DNA of 64,000 nucleotides, taken from Candidatus Omnitrophota bacterium (GTDB lineage Bacteria > Omnitrophota > Gorgyraeia > B26-G9). Below are positions 45,735 to 55,972 of the stretch, one piece after another. The stretch covers positions 81,293 to 145,292 of the forward strand of contig JBDRPX010000003.1 in NCBI GenBank assembly GCA_043826565.1, in the 5' to 3' direction. The translations under genes and the position numbers were made by a program. Below the pieces are notes generated by a model that was not told where the DNA came from, did no database searches, and saw only the letters and a program-made list of their open reading frames with translations. Each line of letters opens with the position of its first letter. Within the stretch, counting starts at the first letter, position 1.

Positions 45735-47583
45735 AGGCCAAAGAAAGCATTTTTTTCATAAGTTAAATAAAGATCATTGGGCAATTCTAGCTATTATTAT
45801 TGCTATTGGGATATATACTTTTCCTCTTCTTTTGAAGCTTAATAAATCATTTGTGTTTTATCAGAAAAATTGCATAAATTCTTGGTACGACTTATATTGG
45901 AACGGATTTTTTTACAGGAATTCAATATTGACGAATCATGAATTTCCTCTTTGGAGTGCTTTTCGGGAAGGAGGATGTTTTGGGGCCGGAATGCCGGCGG
46001 AGATTTCGCTTAATCCTTTTTCTCTATTTATCTTATTGGGAGGTGTAGTTAAGGGACTCAATTTTAGCTGGTATATTTTATATTTTGGAGGGGCATTGTC
46101 AATGTACTATCTGACAAGATGCGTTCTTAAATATAATGTTTTTGGGGCTGCTTATTCAGCTATAGTTTTTTCCATGAATGGTTTTTTTCCCGAAAAGCAG
46201 CTGGATGCTTTTATATATGCGAGAGAAACTATATTATTGCCGCTGATTATGGTTTTTTTTCTAAAAGCGATAAATGATAATCGGTATATAGTTTTTACGG
46301 GTTTAATGCTGGCATTGTTTTTTATCCAAACAGCCTTATATTTCTGCGTAATTGTATTATTTCTATTTGTGTTTGCCATATTGAATTCTTTTCGAATAAG
46401 TGATGGTAAAATCAGGCTAACTAAAAGGCATCTTATCGTGTTTTTTGCCAGTCTTTTTTTTGCTCTACTGATTTCCGCCGGTAAATTATTCCCGCTTTTG
46501 GAAGTAATGAATTTTAATGTCGGTTTAAATGATTTTAAAGAAGCAGCGATAGTTTCTCAGGCCAATACAATCCCGATATTAATGCAACGTCTTTTTGCCC
46601 CCGGAAACTCCGGGCCTGCGGAGATGTATATAGGGTATTGGCCTGTTGGATTATGTCTAATTACGGGAATAGTTGCGTATAAGCGGCTATGGAGCTGGTT
46701 TTTTGTGCTTTTCGTGTTTATTCTGCTATCTTTTGGGAATAATGCAGTTTTTAATCTGCACAAATTAGTTAGTCATGTGCCGGGATTTAAAGCGATTATC
46801 GAAGTCGCGAAATACTACGGACTTATAATTGTTTTTACTATCAGTGTCATTAGCGGAGCTTTTTTCGGGCTGATAAAAAAGCCTCTTTTGAGAACGCTTA
46901 AGGTGCTTATTATAATTATTCCGTTATTATTTACTTATGGAGATCTATTGTGGGCTAATAGCGGTTATTTTAATTATTATACCGGGCAGCTTCCGGAAAT
47001 AATTGATCAGGGAGATTTCTTTCAAGTTAGATCAGTAGGTGTGCCGCAAGATGATGAGGGAACACAATCGGCGATATTGCCGGCATTATATTCTAAAGGT
47101 ATTGGATTAATCAACGCTGGGTACTTTTCTAAAGAACGTGTCGAGAAGGATAAAATATTGAAATTTTTTGATGAGAAGAAAATAATCCCGAAATATTTCA
47201 TATTGCCAAAGTATGTATTTCTAATGCCGAGTACAGATATGTTTGCTCTCCCGAATAAAAATTATATGGGTGAGGCCTGGTTTATGTCCGGATATAACAC
47301 GGTTACTGATTTTTCCATAAAGACTAATTCTATAAGAATAAAAGTGAATATTAAAAGTGCCGATCGATTAATAATTAATCAAAATTATTCAAGATGGTGG
47401 AAGTCAGCAGGGTATAAAGTTACTGACTATAATGGGAAACTTAGTGTATTTTTGGATAAGCCGGGGGAGTCTGATGTGGATTTGCGTTTTATTCCCTGGA
47501 ATTTTTATATCGGCTTGGTTGTTTCCCTGGGCACTGTATTATGTTCTGTAGGGTGGCTGAAAAAATATCGGGTAAATAGATGA
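45727..47583 (+). CDS. Large polytopic membrane protein (618 aa), paralog of 39682..41511
   Basis: 'IGIYTFPLLLKL...NCINSWYDLY...FPLWSAFREGG...YSAIVFSMNGFF'. Confidence 0.4.
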   Translation: MSEGQRKHFFHKLNKDHWAILAIIIAIGIYTFPLLLKLNKSFVFYQKNCINSWYDLYWNGFFYRNSILTNHEFPLWSAFREGGCFGAGMPAEISLNPFSLFILLGGVVKGLNFSWYILYFGGALSMYYLTRCVLKYNVFGAAYSAIVFSMNGFFPEKQLDAFIYARETILLPLIMVFFLKAINDNRYIVFTGLMLALFFIQTALYFCVIVLFLFVFAILNSFRISDGKIRLTKRHLIVFFASLFFALLISAGKLFPLLEVMNFNVGLNDFKEAAIVSQANTIPILMQRLFAPGNSGPAEMYIGYWPVGLCLITGIVAYKRLWSWFFVLFVFILLSFGNNAVFNLHKLVSHVPGFKAIIEVAKYYGLIIVFTISVISGAFFGLIKKPLLRTLKVLIIIIPLLFTYGDLLWANSGYFNYYTGQLPEIIDQGDFFQVRSVGVPQDDEGTQSAILPALYSKGIGLINAGYFSKERVEKDKILKFFDEKKIIPKYFILPKYVFLMPSTDMFALPNKNYMGEAWFMSGYNTVTDFSIKTNSIRIKVNIKSADRLIINQNYSRWWKSAGYKVTDYNGKLSVFLDKPGESDVDLRFIPWNFYIGLVVSLGTVLCSVGWLKKYRVNR

Positions 47584-49109
47584 ATATAAAATTCATACAT
47601 TCAGAGTTACAGGCATTGGGCATAGAATATGTTGCCGCAGTATTGAAGAAACATGGCCATTCTGTAGAGCTTATCGTTGACCCATATTTTCCTTTTTTAT
47701 CTAAAGCGGGAAAGTTTCTTAAAAGAATCAGCGGTTGGCAGCAAAAACTCATTCGCAAAGTAATTGACGGGAATCCGGATCTAATAGCTTTTTCTGTGAC
47801 AAGTTATAACCTGGAATGGGCTTATCATATTGCCGCGGAATTGAAGAAGAATTCCTCTGTGCCGATTGTCTTTGGCGGGGTACAGGCTACACTTGTTCCC
47901 GAGGTAATTTTAACTCAGTCGGCGGCGGATTTTGTTATCTTGGGCGAGGGTGAATATGCGATGCTGGAACTCCTCCAGAGTTTTAAGACAGGGCAAGAGT
48001 ATTCAAATATCGCTAATCTATGCTATCTTAATGAGGGCAAAATCGAGACCAATTCATTGCGGCCTTTGATTGAGAATCTTGATACTTTACCTTTTCCCGA
48101 TAAAGACCTTGTTCCTTTATGGCTAAACAGAGGTTTGTATAGAATCGTAACGGGACGGGGATGCCCGGGGAGATGTACTTATTGCTGTGCTCCGATACAA
48201 GCAGATATCTATAAAGACAAAGGTGATTTTATCCGACGGCGTTCCCCGGAAAATGTAATTGCCGAGCTTAAACAGGCAAAAGTAAAATATCAGATTAAAC
48301 GCGTTCTTTTTGAGGATGATCTATTTACTTATGATAAGAATTGGCTGAGGATTTTTTCTCGACAATATAAAAAAGAAATCAATATCCCTTGTTTTATCCA
48401 TGCTACGCCTAAAAGTATTGATGATGATATTGTGAGCTTTTTAAAAAATATGTCCTGTTATTCTGTGGAGCTGGGAGTGCAAAGCCTTAAGCGGGATATA
48501 AGAGAAAAATTTCTAAAACGATACTATACCAATGACCAGATTGAAAAGACAATAATTTTGCTTAAGGGTAAAGGGATTAATTGTATTTGCGATAATATCG
48601 TGGGATTGCCGGAGGAACAAGAAGCTGATTTAGCAAGTATGGTTGAGTATTATAATAAATTGCGTCCGGGAAAAATTGAATTATTGCGGTTAGAATATTA
48701 TCCCAAAGCAGAAATTATTGAATTCTCAAGCTTAAGTAAAGATGAACTTGATAGAATAAATTTAGGAGAATTGGTGGTTTCTTCAAGGTGGCATACCCCC
48801 AAGATAAATAAAATGATGCTTCTTATCGGCTTAAGTTATATATTACCCAAGAAGATTATTTCGTATATGCTTCATAATCAAGTGTATAATCTTTTTTACC
48901 CATTTAATGATTATAATCACATTAATGAAACAATTTTTTACCTGGGTGCTTTATTAAAACGGAATAGAAAAAAAGTTTTTATTTCTTTTCGGGCAGATGT
49001 GTTTTATAAACTAAAATACATTTTTACGAAGTCTTTTAATTATAAACATTCTAAGGTTGGCGTTCGAGAGGAAAAACAAATGCTCGAATCAAACTATGTT
49101 AAGGTGTGA
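47580..49109 (+). CDS. B12-binding-domain radical SAM protein
   Basis: 'ALGIEYVAAVLKKHGHSVELIVDP'. 'IVTGRGCPGRCTYCCAP'. Confidence 0.8.
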   Translation: MNIKFIHSELQALGIEYVAAVLKKHGHSVELIVDPYFPFLSKAGKFLKRISGWQQKLIRKVIDGNPDLIAFSVTSYNLEWAYHIAAELKKNSSVPIVFGGVQATLVPEVILTQSAADFVILGEGEYAMLELLQSFKTGQEYSNIANLCYLNEGKIETNSLRPLIENLDTLPFPDKDLVPLWLNRGLYRIVTGRGCPGRCTYCCAPIQADIYKDKGDFIRRRSPENVIAELKQAKVKYQIKRVLFEDDLFTYDKNWLRIFSRQYKKEINIPCFIHATPKSIDDDIVSFLKNMSCYSVELGVQSLKRDIREKFLKRYYTNDQIEKTIILLKGKGINCICDNIVGLPEEQEADLASMVEYYNKLRPGKIELLRLEYYPKAEIIEFSSLSKDELDRINLGELVVSSRWHTPKINKMMLLIGLSYILPKKIISYMLHNQVYNLFYPFNDYNHINETIFYLGALLKRNRKKVFISFRADVFYKLKYIFTKSFNYKHSKVGVREEKQMLESNYVKV

Positions 49110-49113
49110 AAAT

Positions 49114-50178
49114 ATGCGGATAAAGTCATTCAATAATATAATTTCAAATATTGGAAAAGTTGCTTCCGCAAAATTCTTCGGGAGGATTAGGCCGTTATCA
49201 GTTGTATTTTTTCTGACTTACCGCTGCAATTTAAATTGTAAATATTGCGGACAAAGCCATGACTTAGGCAATAGCTATTCAGAGAGCAGTGAGTTGTCTG
49301 TAAAGGAAATTGAGCGTGTTTTTATTGCCTTAAAAACGGCAAAAGTAGACAAAATAAATCTTTCCGGAGGGGAGCCCTTAATAAGAAGTGATTTGGCCCA
49401 GATAATCAGTGCGGCACGTTCTCAAGGGCTTAGTATCAGTCTATCGACAAATGGTATTCTGCTGCCGGAAAGAGTTGATTTGTTAAAGGATTTAAATTTA
49501 ATCGTGTTGAGTTTAGATGGAAAAGCACAAGCCCACGATTTTATGCGTGGAGATAGTTCTCATAAGACAGCGTTGAAGGCGATTGAGGTCTCTTCCGCCA
49601 AGAACATACCGATTCTTTTATCGTGTGTGATCAGTAACAAAACAACTGCGCAGGATATTGATTTCGTGCTTGATATCTGTAATCACTATAATGCCAGGTG
49701 TGTTTTTCAGCCGGTATTGGATCGGGGGTTTTTTCGCGAAAGCTGGCAGATATGTCCGGAAATAAGCAAAAATAAGCCAAAAGTTGAGAGGGCCAGAGAA
49801 ATAATCGATTATATTAGAAAGCACAAATACTTTGGTAAAGTAATTGGGAATATGTATTGGTATAATTCAATTTGCGAATTTTATAAAAGACAACTCGATC
49901 CTAAACAGAAAAAATATCCCTGTATGGGCGGCCGGCTTTTTCTGGCAATTTCTCCCGATGGGAGTGTTATTTCTTGCGGCCCTCGAGCTCAGAAAATTTT
50001 TGATTGCAAGGCCCATCAGGAAGGTTTCAATAAAAGCTTAAAAGGAAAGATTCCGCAGATCAATTGTGAAGGCTGTTTTTGCTATTCTTATATATTAATG
50101 AATTCATTAGCAAAGTTTAATTTTGAAACGATAAAAGCATATCTTGCGCATAAACACATTGATTTTTTAAAAAATTGA
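49114..50178 (+). CDS. Radical SAM/SPASM protein
   Basis: Start placed at ATG 49114 (AAGGTG 8 nt upstream); the ORF track begins earlier, overlapping by 53 nt. 'LTYRCNLNCKYCGQS'. 'NLSGGEPLI'. C-terminal 'CMGGRLF...VISCGP...CEGCFC'. Confidence 0.75.
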   Translation: MRIKSFNNIISNIGKVASAKFFGRIRPLSVVFFLTYRCNLNCKYCGQSHDLGNSYSESSELSVKEIERVFIALKTAKVDKINLSGGEPLIRSDLAQIISAARSQGLSISLSTNGILLPERVDLLKDLNLIVLSLDGKAQAHDFMRGDSSHKTALKAIEVSSAKNIPILLSCVISNKTTAQDIDFVLDICNHYNARCVFQPVLDRGFFRESWQICPEISKNKPKVERAREIIDYIRKHKYFGKVIGNMYWYNSICEFYKRQLDPKQKKYPCMGGRLFLAISPDGSVISCGPRAQKIFDCKAHQEGFNKSLKGKIPQINCEGCFCYSYILMNSLAKFNFETIKAYLAHKHIDFLKN

Positions 50179-50196
50179 AATTTAAAGAGGCAGTTA

Positions 50197-51534
50197 ATGT
50201 TATTGGATAATGATAGAATCATAAGAAAAACTAAAAGTATTTGTCCGGAATGTCACAAGCAGCTGGAAGCGTATATTATCGAAAGAACCAATGAAATACT
50301 ATTAATTAAAAGTTGTCCGGTCCACGGTGATTATAAAGCTGTTTACTCGCGTTCCCCGGGTTCTTATAGGTCATTTCAAGAAGCATACATTCCGCTGATG
50401 TGCCGGAAGCAGGCTGATTCAGAAATAGAGGTAGTTTTGACCTACAAGTGTAATATGACTTGCCCGATATGTTATTGGGGAAAACATAAAGATATGTTCA
50501 TAGATATCGAACCAACATTTGATGAATTGGCACAATTGGTAAAAACTGATAGTAAAAGGATATGGCGCTTTACATTTACCGGAGGAGAACCGACATTAAG
50601 AAGTGATTTACCGCAGATTATTAGAATGTTCAAAAAACACGGCCGGGGAATAAGTATTAATACTAATGGGATCAAATTAGCTGATCCTGTTTATGCGCAG
50701 CAGTTGAAAGATACGGGGATCGACAGAGTAAATATCCAATTAGACGGGTTTGATCAAGAAATGGAAATTGAGTTCCGAGGAGAGAATTATTTACCTTTAA
50801 AATTTAAAGCCTTGGACAATTTAAAGAAGCTTCAAATTCCTACGGGAATTAATGCGGTTATTTCCCGGGACATGGGCGAAACACAGATTAATAATTTGCT
50901 GAATTTCGCAATTGAAAATAAATCTGTAAAATCACTCACCTGGTTAACCTTAGTTTGTCCGGGGAAAGAGAAGAAAGATTCATTGCCTAAGTATATTATG
51001 GCCGATGAAGTGCTTGATCTTATTGAAAAGCAAACCGCGGGAAAACTGTCCAAGCAAAATTTTTTAATTTTAAGAAAATTTTATTTGATCACGTCTTTAT
51101 TTTTTAATCGAGGAAGCTGCCGTTATAGTCATATGTATATTTTGTTTAGAAAAAATAATAGTTATGAAGGAATAGACCACTATCTTAATCTGGCATCAAT
51201 AAATTGTCATTTGGATACATGCTATGAGTTACATAAAAAAAATAAAATTTTGGGCTGGTTATTTTTTGTTTTTTGTTTGCCGTTTATTTGTTTGTATAAT
51301 TCGAACTCATTTGGTTTGTTAAAAGAATTTTTTGCGAGCGGGATCTCCTTTTTTATGGGGAATAATAGCTATCTAAAACCGGCTAATTTATTATACTTAA
51401 GAGTAATCACAATTTGCGATGTCCATAACTTTGATGAGGTAGGGGGGCAATGTGCGTTTGGGATTGCGTTAAAGGATAAGGACAAATTGTATAAAGATAA
51501 AATAAGGAATGTAAATATTAAAATTTCCAAATAA
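50197..51534 (+). CDS. Zinc-ribbon/rubredoxin-like N-terminus + radical SAM protein, paralog 1 of 5
   Basis: 'RKTKSICPECHK...IKSCPVHG' (CxxC...CPxH). 'LTYKCNMTCPICYWG' CxxxCxxC. 'FTGGEPTLRSDL'. Three conserved C-terminal Cys ('GSCRY','TICD','GQC'). Confidence 0.6.
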   Translation: MLLDNDRIIRKTKSICPECHKQLEAYIIERTNEILLIKSCPVHGDYKAVYSRSPGSYRSFQEAYIPLMCRKQADSEIEVVLTYKCNMTCPICYWGKHKDMFIDIEPTFDELAQLVKTDSKRIWRFTFTGGEPTLRSDLPQIIRMFKKHGRGISINTNGIKLADPVYAQQLKDTGIDRVNIQLDGFDQEMEIEFRGENYLPLKFKALDNLKKLQIPTGINAVISRDMGETQINNLLNFAIENKSVKSLTWLTLVCPGKEKKDSLPKYIMADEVLDLIEKQTAGKLSKQNFLILRKFYLITSLFFNRGSCRYSHMYILFRKNNSYEGIDHYLNLASINCHLDTCYELHKKNKILGWLFFVFCLPFICLYNSNSFGLLKEFFASGISFFMGNNSYLKPANLLYLRVITICDVHNFDEVGGQCAFGIALKDKDKLYKDKIRNVNIKISK

Positions 51535-51583
51535 TCGAGGAATATCTTTGTGATTGAAAATATGACGAAAACGAGGAGTTTTC

Positions 51584-52951
51584 ATGATAAATATTAATGA
51601 GAATGCCAGCACAAAAATTACCCGAAAAACAATGGGAGTGTGTGATGTTTGCGGGGAAAAAGTGCAAGCTTATATAACGGAGACGGACAAGGACATTTTT
51701 TTCTGCAAATCGTGCGTGAATCATGGCGATAAACAGGTGCGGATATCCAGAAAAAAATATTATAATGATCTCGAACAATTTTATTTCCCATTGATAGAAA
51801 AAAAACCGCAGTGCAGCGTGGAAATGGTAGAATTAGTGGTTACGTTCAAGTGTAATATTAGTTGCCCTATTTGCTACCTGGGAGATTTTAAAAAAAAGTT
51901 AAATGATTTTGATCCGACGCTTGAGGAAATTAATGATTTCGCGAAAGGATGTTCTTATCCGGCATTAGTCATCTCCGGAGGAGAAGCTACTTGCCGGGAA
52001 GATCTCCCGGAGATTATCGCGATATTAAAACGTTATGGAAAAACAGTTAGTCTTAATACTAACGGCATTAAATTAGCAGATTTCAACTATGCCCTTAAAT
52101 TGAAAACAGCCGGTATTGACAGGATCAATATCCAATTCACCGGATTTGACCGTGAGGCGGAAAAGGCGTTAAGAGGGGCTGATTATAATCCCGCTAAGCT
52201 GAAGGCGATTAAGAACTTAGAAAAGTTGAAAATATCGACAGGTTTAAATGCGCTGATCGTCGGGGAGGTAAATGAGGAGCAGATCGGTGGAATAATTGAT
52301 TTTGGGGTAAAAAGTGAATTTGTGAAAATGGTGAATCTAAGTGTGCTGATTTTCGTGGGGTATACTAAGAATTACCCGCAATCAAATTATTTAATGCCGG
52401 ATGACATTATTCAGCTGGCAGAAAAACAGACTAAAGGAATGATTGTTACTCAAAATGTCTATATTTTTAAAAAACTGGAAATAGTTGTATCTTCTTTTTT
52501 AAATAAAAATACTTGTTTGTACCATCAAGGATACTTGTTGGTGGTAAAAGGGGGGGCGGCGGAACCGATCGATGCGTATATAAACTTAAGAAAAATCGAA
52601 CCCTATTTAAATATGTATCAAAAAATTTATTTGCAGAATATTTTATTTGCAAAATTATACCTGTTGCTTGTTTTTCCGATCGCGTTATTGATTAATGCAA
52701 AATTTTTTAAAATATGCGGAAATTTATTTAATTATGTGTTTTCTTATTTTTTTAACAGAAAATATTTTTTAGAATCATCTTTATTGAAAACAATTGTATT
52801 TTCTGTCGAATGTGATAATTACCGCAAAGATTATGCTATGTACGGTAAAAATTGTCCCTGCAAGGCTGTTTTTTTTGTAAAACGCAATGGAACAAATTTT
52901 GAAAAACATGCGCAGCCAGTAGAGGATACTTACTGGTTTTTATGGCGCTGA
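51584..52951 (+). CDS. Zinc-ribbon + radical SAM protein, paralog 2 of 5
   Basis: 'RKTMGVCDVCGEK...CKSCVNHG'. 'VTFKCNISCPICYLG'. 'ISGGEATCREDL'. Confidence 0.6.
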   Translation: MININENASTKITRKTMGVCDVCGEKVQAYITETDKDIFFCKSCVNHGDKQVRISRKKYYNDLEQFYFPLIEKKPQCSVEMVELVVTFKCNISCPICYLGDFKKKLNDFDPTLEEINDFAKGCSYPALVISGGEATCREDLPEIIAILKRYGKTVSLNTNGIKLADFNYALKLKTAGIDRINIQFTGFDREAEKALRGADYNPAKLKAIKNLEKLKISTGLNALIVGEVNEEQIGGIIDFGVKSEFVKMVNLSVLIFVGYTKNYPQSNYLMPDDIIQLAEKQTKGMIVTQNVYIFKKLEIVVSSFLNKNTCLYHQGYLLVVKGGAAEPIDAYINLRKIEPYLNMYQKIYLQNILFAKLYLLLVFPIALLINAKFFKICGNLFNYVFSYFFNRKYFLESSLLKTIVFSVECDNYRKDYAMYGKNCPCKAVFFVKRNGTNFEKHAQPVEDTYWFLWR

Positions 52952-52981
52952 TTAAAAAATTATAATTACGGAGGGTGATGC

Positions 52982-54562
52982 GTGAAAAAGATCTTATTTG
53001 TACGATGTCCGAAGCATATGTGGCCATGGGTTAATGAGTCAGATAATTTTCTATTACCTTTAGGCCTGCCGATTTTAGCCGCGGCGATCAGAGAGAAGAT
53101 TAAAAACAGAGTTGAAGTGAAAATTATTGATTGCCCTCCGCTTAAAATCGGCTGGAAAAGTCTGGCGGATTTGATTAAAAAGGAAAATCCTGATTTTGTC
53201 GGAGCCGGAGAGGAAGCTCTTTATCAGCATGAAGCGATCAGATTATTTGAGCTTACCAAGCAAATCAACCCCAGGATAATAAATATCGCCGGAGGACACT
53301 ATTTTTCCTGGATGGTTGAGGATAGTTTAAAGAACTACCCAATTGATATTATCGTTAAATTTGAAGCAGAAGAGACGATCGTGGAACTTTTGGAAGCTTT
53401 GCTGGAAAAAAAGGATTTAGCGGCGGTTAAAGGTATTGCCTTTAAAAAAGACGGCCGGGTAATTACAACCCCGCCGCGGCCGATTATCTGCAACCTTGAT
53501 TTAATTCCGATTCCCGCATATGATTTAATGCCCATGCGTAAGTATGGTGATAAAGCTATTTTTTGGCCGGAAAGCGCGACTATTGAAGGCAGCCGCGGAT
53601 GTATAGATACATGCAGTTATTGTTCTTTATGGACTTTTTGGGGGAAGCATAATGATACGGATAATAAGCAGGATAAGATCGGCGCGACTCCTTTTTATCG
53701 GCAAAAGAGCGTGGGGCGGGTAATGCAGGAGATAGAGATTTTGTATGAGAAATATAACCGCAGACTGCTGCTATGGGCAGACCCTACTTTTAATGTGAAC
53801 CCTGCGTGGACAGAGGAACTTTGCGATGAGATCCTGAAGCGAAATTATAAATTAGAACATTGGGTTTTTTTGCGTACTGACTTTGCTTTGCGTGATGCAA
53901 AATCCGGATTACTGGATAAAATGGTTAGGGCCGGGATTGTGCATCCTCTCTTTGGCGTAGAGAGAGCTACGGCTGATGAATGGGAAAAGTTATCTAAACA
54001 TGGACAAAAAAGTGATGAAATAAAAGAATTGTTTCATTTAATGCGGGATAAATACCCTCAGGTTTTTCGTCAGGCGACATTTGTTACCTGCCTGCCTTTT
54101 GATAATGAAAAGACAATGATGGATTTAGCCAAATATGCTGTAGAAATAGACTGTGATTTTCCTGTGTTTCATCCGGTAACTCCGGTTCCCGGAACATATC
54201 TTTATGAGGAAGTCATCGCTAAAGAATACCTGGAAGAAAAAGATCTAAAAGAGGCCTATTGGGAATATCCATTGTTAAAAAATATCCATGGGCTCTCCCG
54301 AACCGATTTAGCGCGATTGAACAGGAAAGCCCAGTTATATTGTATATTAGGAAATTTTAAGACGATGTTAAAAGGTGTTTTTTCTAAATATCCGAGTAAA
54401 AGATTCCGGTATCGGGAAGTCTTAAGAGTCCTTTTTCTGAAATCATTTCAAATGCTGTCTCTGAAGATAAAAGAGATATTTTTTAAACCGACGGATCTGG
54501 AAAAGAAGATTCCCCAGTCTCTGTTTTTTATAATGGAAAAACCTAAATGGTATGATAAGTAA
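52982..54562 (+). CDS. B12-binding-domain radical SAM protein
   Basis: 'LPLGLPILAAAIREKIKNRVEVKIIDC'. 'TIEGSRGCIDTCSYCSLW'. Confidence 0.75.
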   Translation: MKKILFVRCPKHMWPWVNESDNFLLPLGLPILAAAIREKIKNRVEVKIIDCPPLKIGWKSLADLIKKENPDFVGAGEEALYQHEAIRLFELTKQINPRIINIAGGHYFSWMVEDSLKNYPIDIIVKFEAEETIVELLEALLEKKDLAAVKGIAFKKDGRVITTPPRPIICNLDLIPIPAYDLMPMRKYGDKAIFWPESATIEGSRGCIDTCSYCSLWTFWGKHNDTDNKQDKIGATPFYRQKSVGRVMQEIEILYEKYNRRLLLWADPTFNVNPAWTEELCDEILKRNYKLEHWVFLRTDFALRDAKSGLLDKMVRAGIVHPLFGVERATADEWEKLSKHGQKSDEIKELFHLMRDKYPQVFRQATFVTCLPFDNEKTMMDLAKYAVEIDCDFPVFHPVTPVPGTYLYEEVIAKEYLEEKDLKEAYWEYPLLKNIHGLSRTDLARLNRKAQLYCILGNFKTMLKGVFSKYPSKRFRYREVLRVLFLKSFQMLSLKIKEIFFKPTDLEKKIPQSLFFIMEKPKWYDK

Positions 54563-54587
54563 TTAAACATGGAAAGTAAGGAGATTT

Positions 54588-55949
54588 GTGTCAACAATAA
54601 TCCGTAAGACTAAGAGTAGATGTCTTAAATGCGGTTCGATTGTCCCGGCAGCGGTGATTAAAAAAGAAGGAAAAGTTTTTCTCGAAAAAAACTGTCCGGA
54701 GCATAATTTTACCAGTTTGCTTATTTCTGATAATGCGAGTTCCTATGAAGACTTAGAAAGATATTATTTTACGGTAATGCCGGATAACGCTCGACAGGAG
54801 TCTATTGAAATTGCCGTGACTTTTCGTTGTAATATGGATTGTCCGATATGCGCTTGGGGTACTAATTATCGGGCTAGTATGAATAATGCCGGAGACCCTT
54901 CTCTATTAGAAATAAGAGAGTTTTTAAAAACAAATGATACGCCTGTTGTAAGATTGTCCGGAGGGGAAGCTACTTGCCGTGAGGATTTAACTGAGGTTAT
55001 CCGCATGGTTAAAAAGATGGGGAAAGCCGTAGGAATATCTACCAATGGCTTGAAGATTGCTGATTTTGATTATCTTAAGCAATTAAAAGAAGCCGGGTTA
55101 GATGAAATCTATCTTACCCTTGATGGATTTGATCCTGACGTTGAAAAATTTATGCGCGCTAAGGATTATTTGCCGTTTAAAATGCGTGCGTTAGACAATT
55201 TAAAAAAACTTAATATTATAACCGGTTTAAACATGCGGATATTAAAGGGGATCAATGAGGCGGAAATTCCTAAAATTATCGATTATGTGGCAAAAAATAG
55301 TTTTATTAAATTACTAAATATCGGAACTGTTAATTGGGCGGGAAATGCATCGTCTTGGTCATTGGATAAGTACTTGATGCCGGATCAGCTTATCGATATA
55401 GTTGTTGATACCTCATCGGGAAAGCTAAATAGAAATGCTATTCGGACATTTCAAAAATTATTGCTTGCCGTAAATTCTTTTTTTTCGAAAAGATGGTGTT
55501 TTTATGATGCCGGAAATTTTTTGATTATACGTCAAAATGGTCAATATGAATCATTGGAAAAGCATTTAGATCTACAGGCTCTTGAGAAAGTTCTTAATCG
55601 GTATGCTGTTTTTTATGAACGTAATGTTTTATTGGCAAAATTATACCTTATTTTTGCGGGAATAGGCAGTATTCGTTTTATAAAGTCCAAACTGTTTTTT
55701 AAGGAGATATTGGTTAAGGGGTTAGGATTTATTTCGGGAAACCGGGACTTTTTAAAAACTGACTCATTTTTGTTTTTACTTATGCATACTGCTTGTGACA
55801 GCTATAAGATTGATTATGGGGTATCAAAAAATTGCATGACTACATTTGCTTTTAAAGGAACAGATGGAATACTGCGTGTGCAGGGAAATGCAGCACAAGT
55901 CTGTGAAAGTCTTTCTGATATGGGGCATTGTTCTCGGAATGATAAGTAA
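54588..55949 (+). CDS. Zinc-ribbon + radical SAM protein, paralog 3 of 5
   Basis: 'RKTKSRCLKCGSIVPAAVIKKEGKVFLEKNCPEHNF'. 'VTFRCNMDCPICAWG'. 'LSGGEATCREDL'. Confidence 0.6.
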   Translation: MSTIIRKTKSRCLKCGSIVPAAVIKKEGKVFLEKNCPEHNFTSLLISDNASSYEDLERYYFTVMPDNARQESIEIAVTFRCNMDCPICAWGTNYRASMNNAGDPSLLEIREFLKTNDTPVVRLSGGEATCREDLTEVIRMVKKMGKAVGISTNGLKIADFDYLKQLKEAGLDEIYLTLDGFDPDVEKFMRAKDYLPFKMRALDNLKKLNIITGLNMRILKGINEAEIPKIIDYVAKNSFIKLLNIGTVNWAGNASSWSLDKYLMPDQLIDIVVDTSSGKLNRNAIRTFQKLLLAVNSFFSKRWCFYDAGNFLIIRQNGQYESLEKHLDLQALEKVLNRYAVFYERNVLLAKLYLIFAGIGSIRFIKSKLFFKEILVKGLGFISGNRDFLKTDSFLFLLMHTACDSYKIDYGVSKNCMTTFAFKGTDGILRVQGNAAQVCESLSDMGHCSRNDK

Positions 55950-55972
55950 TTGAATAAGGGAAGTTAGCTTTT

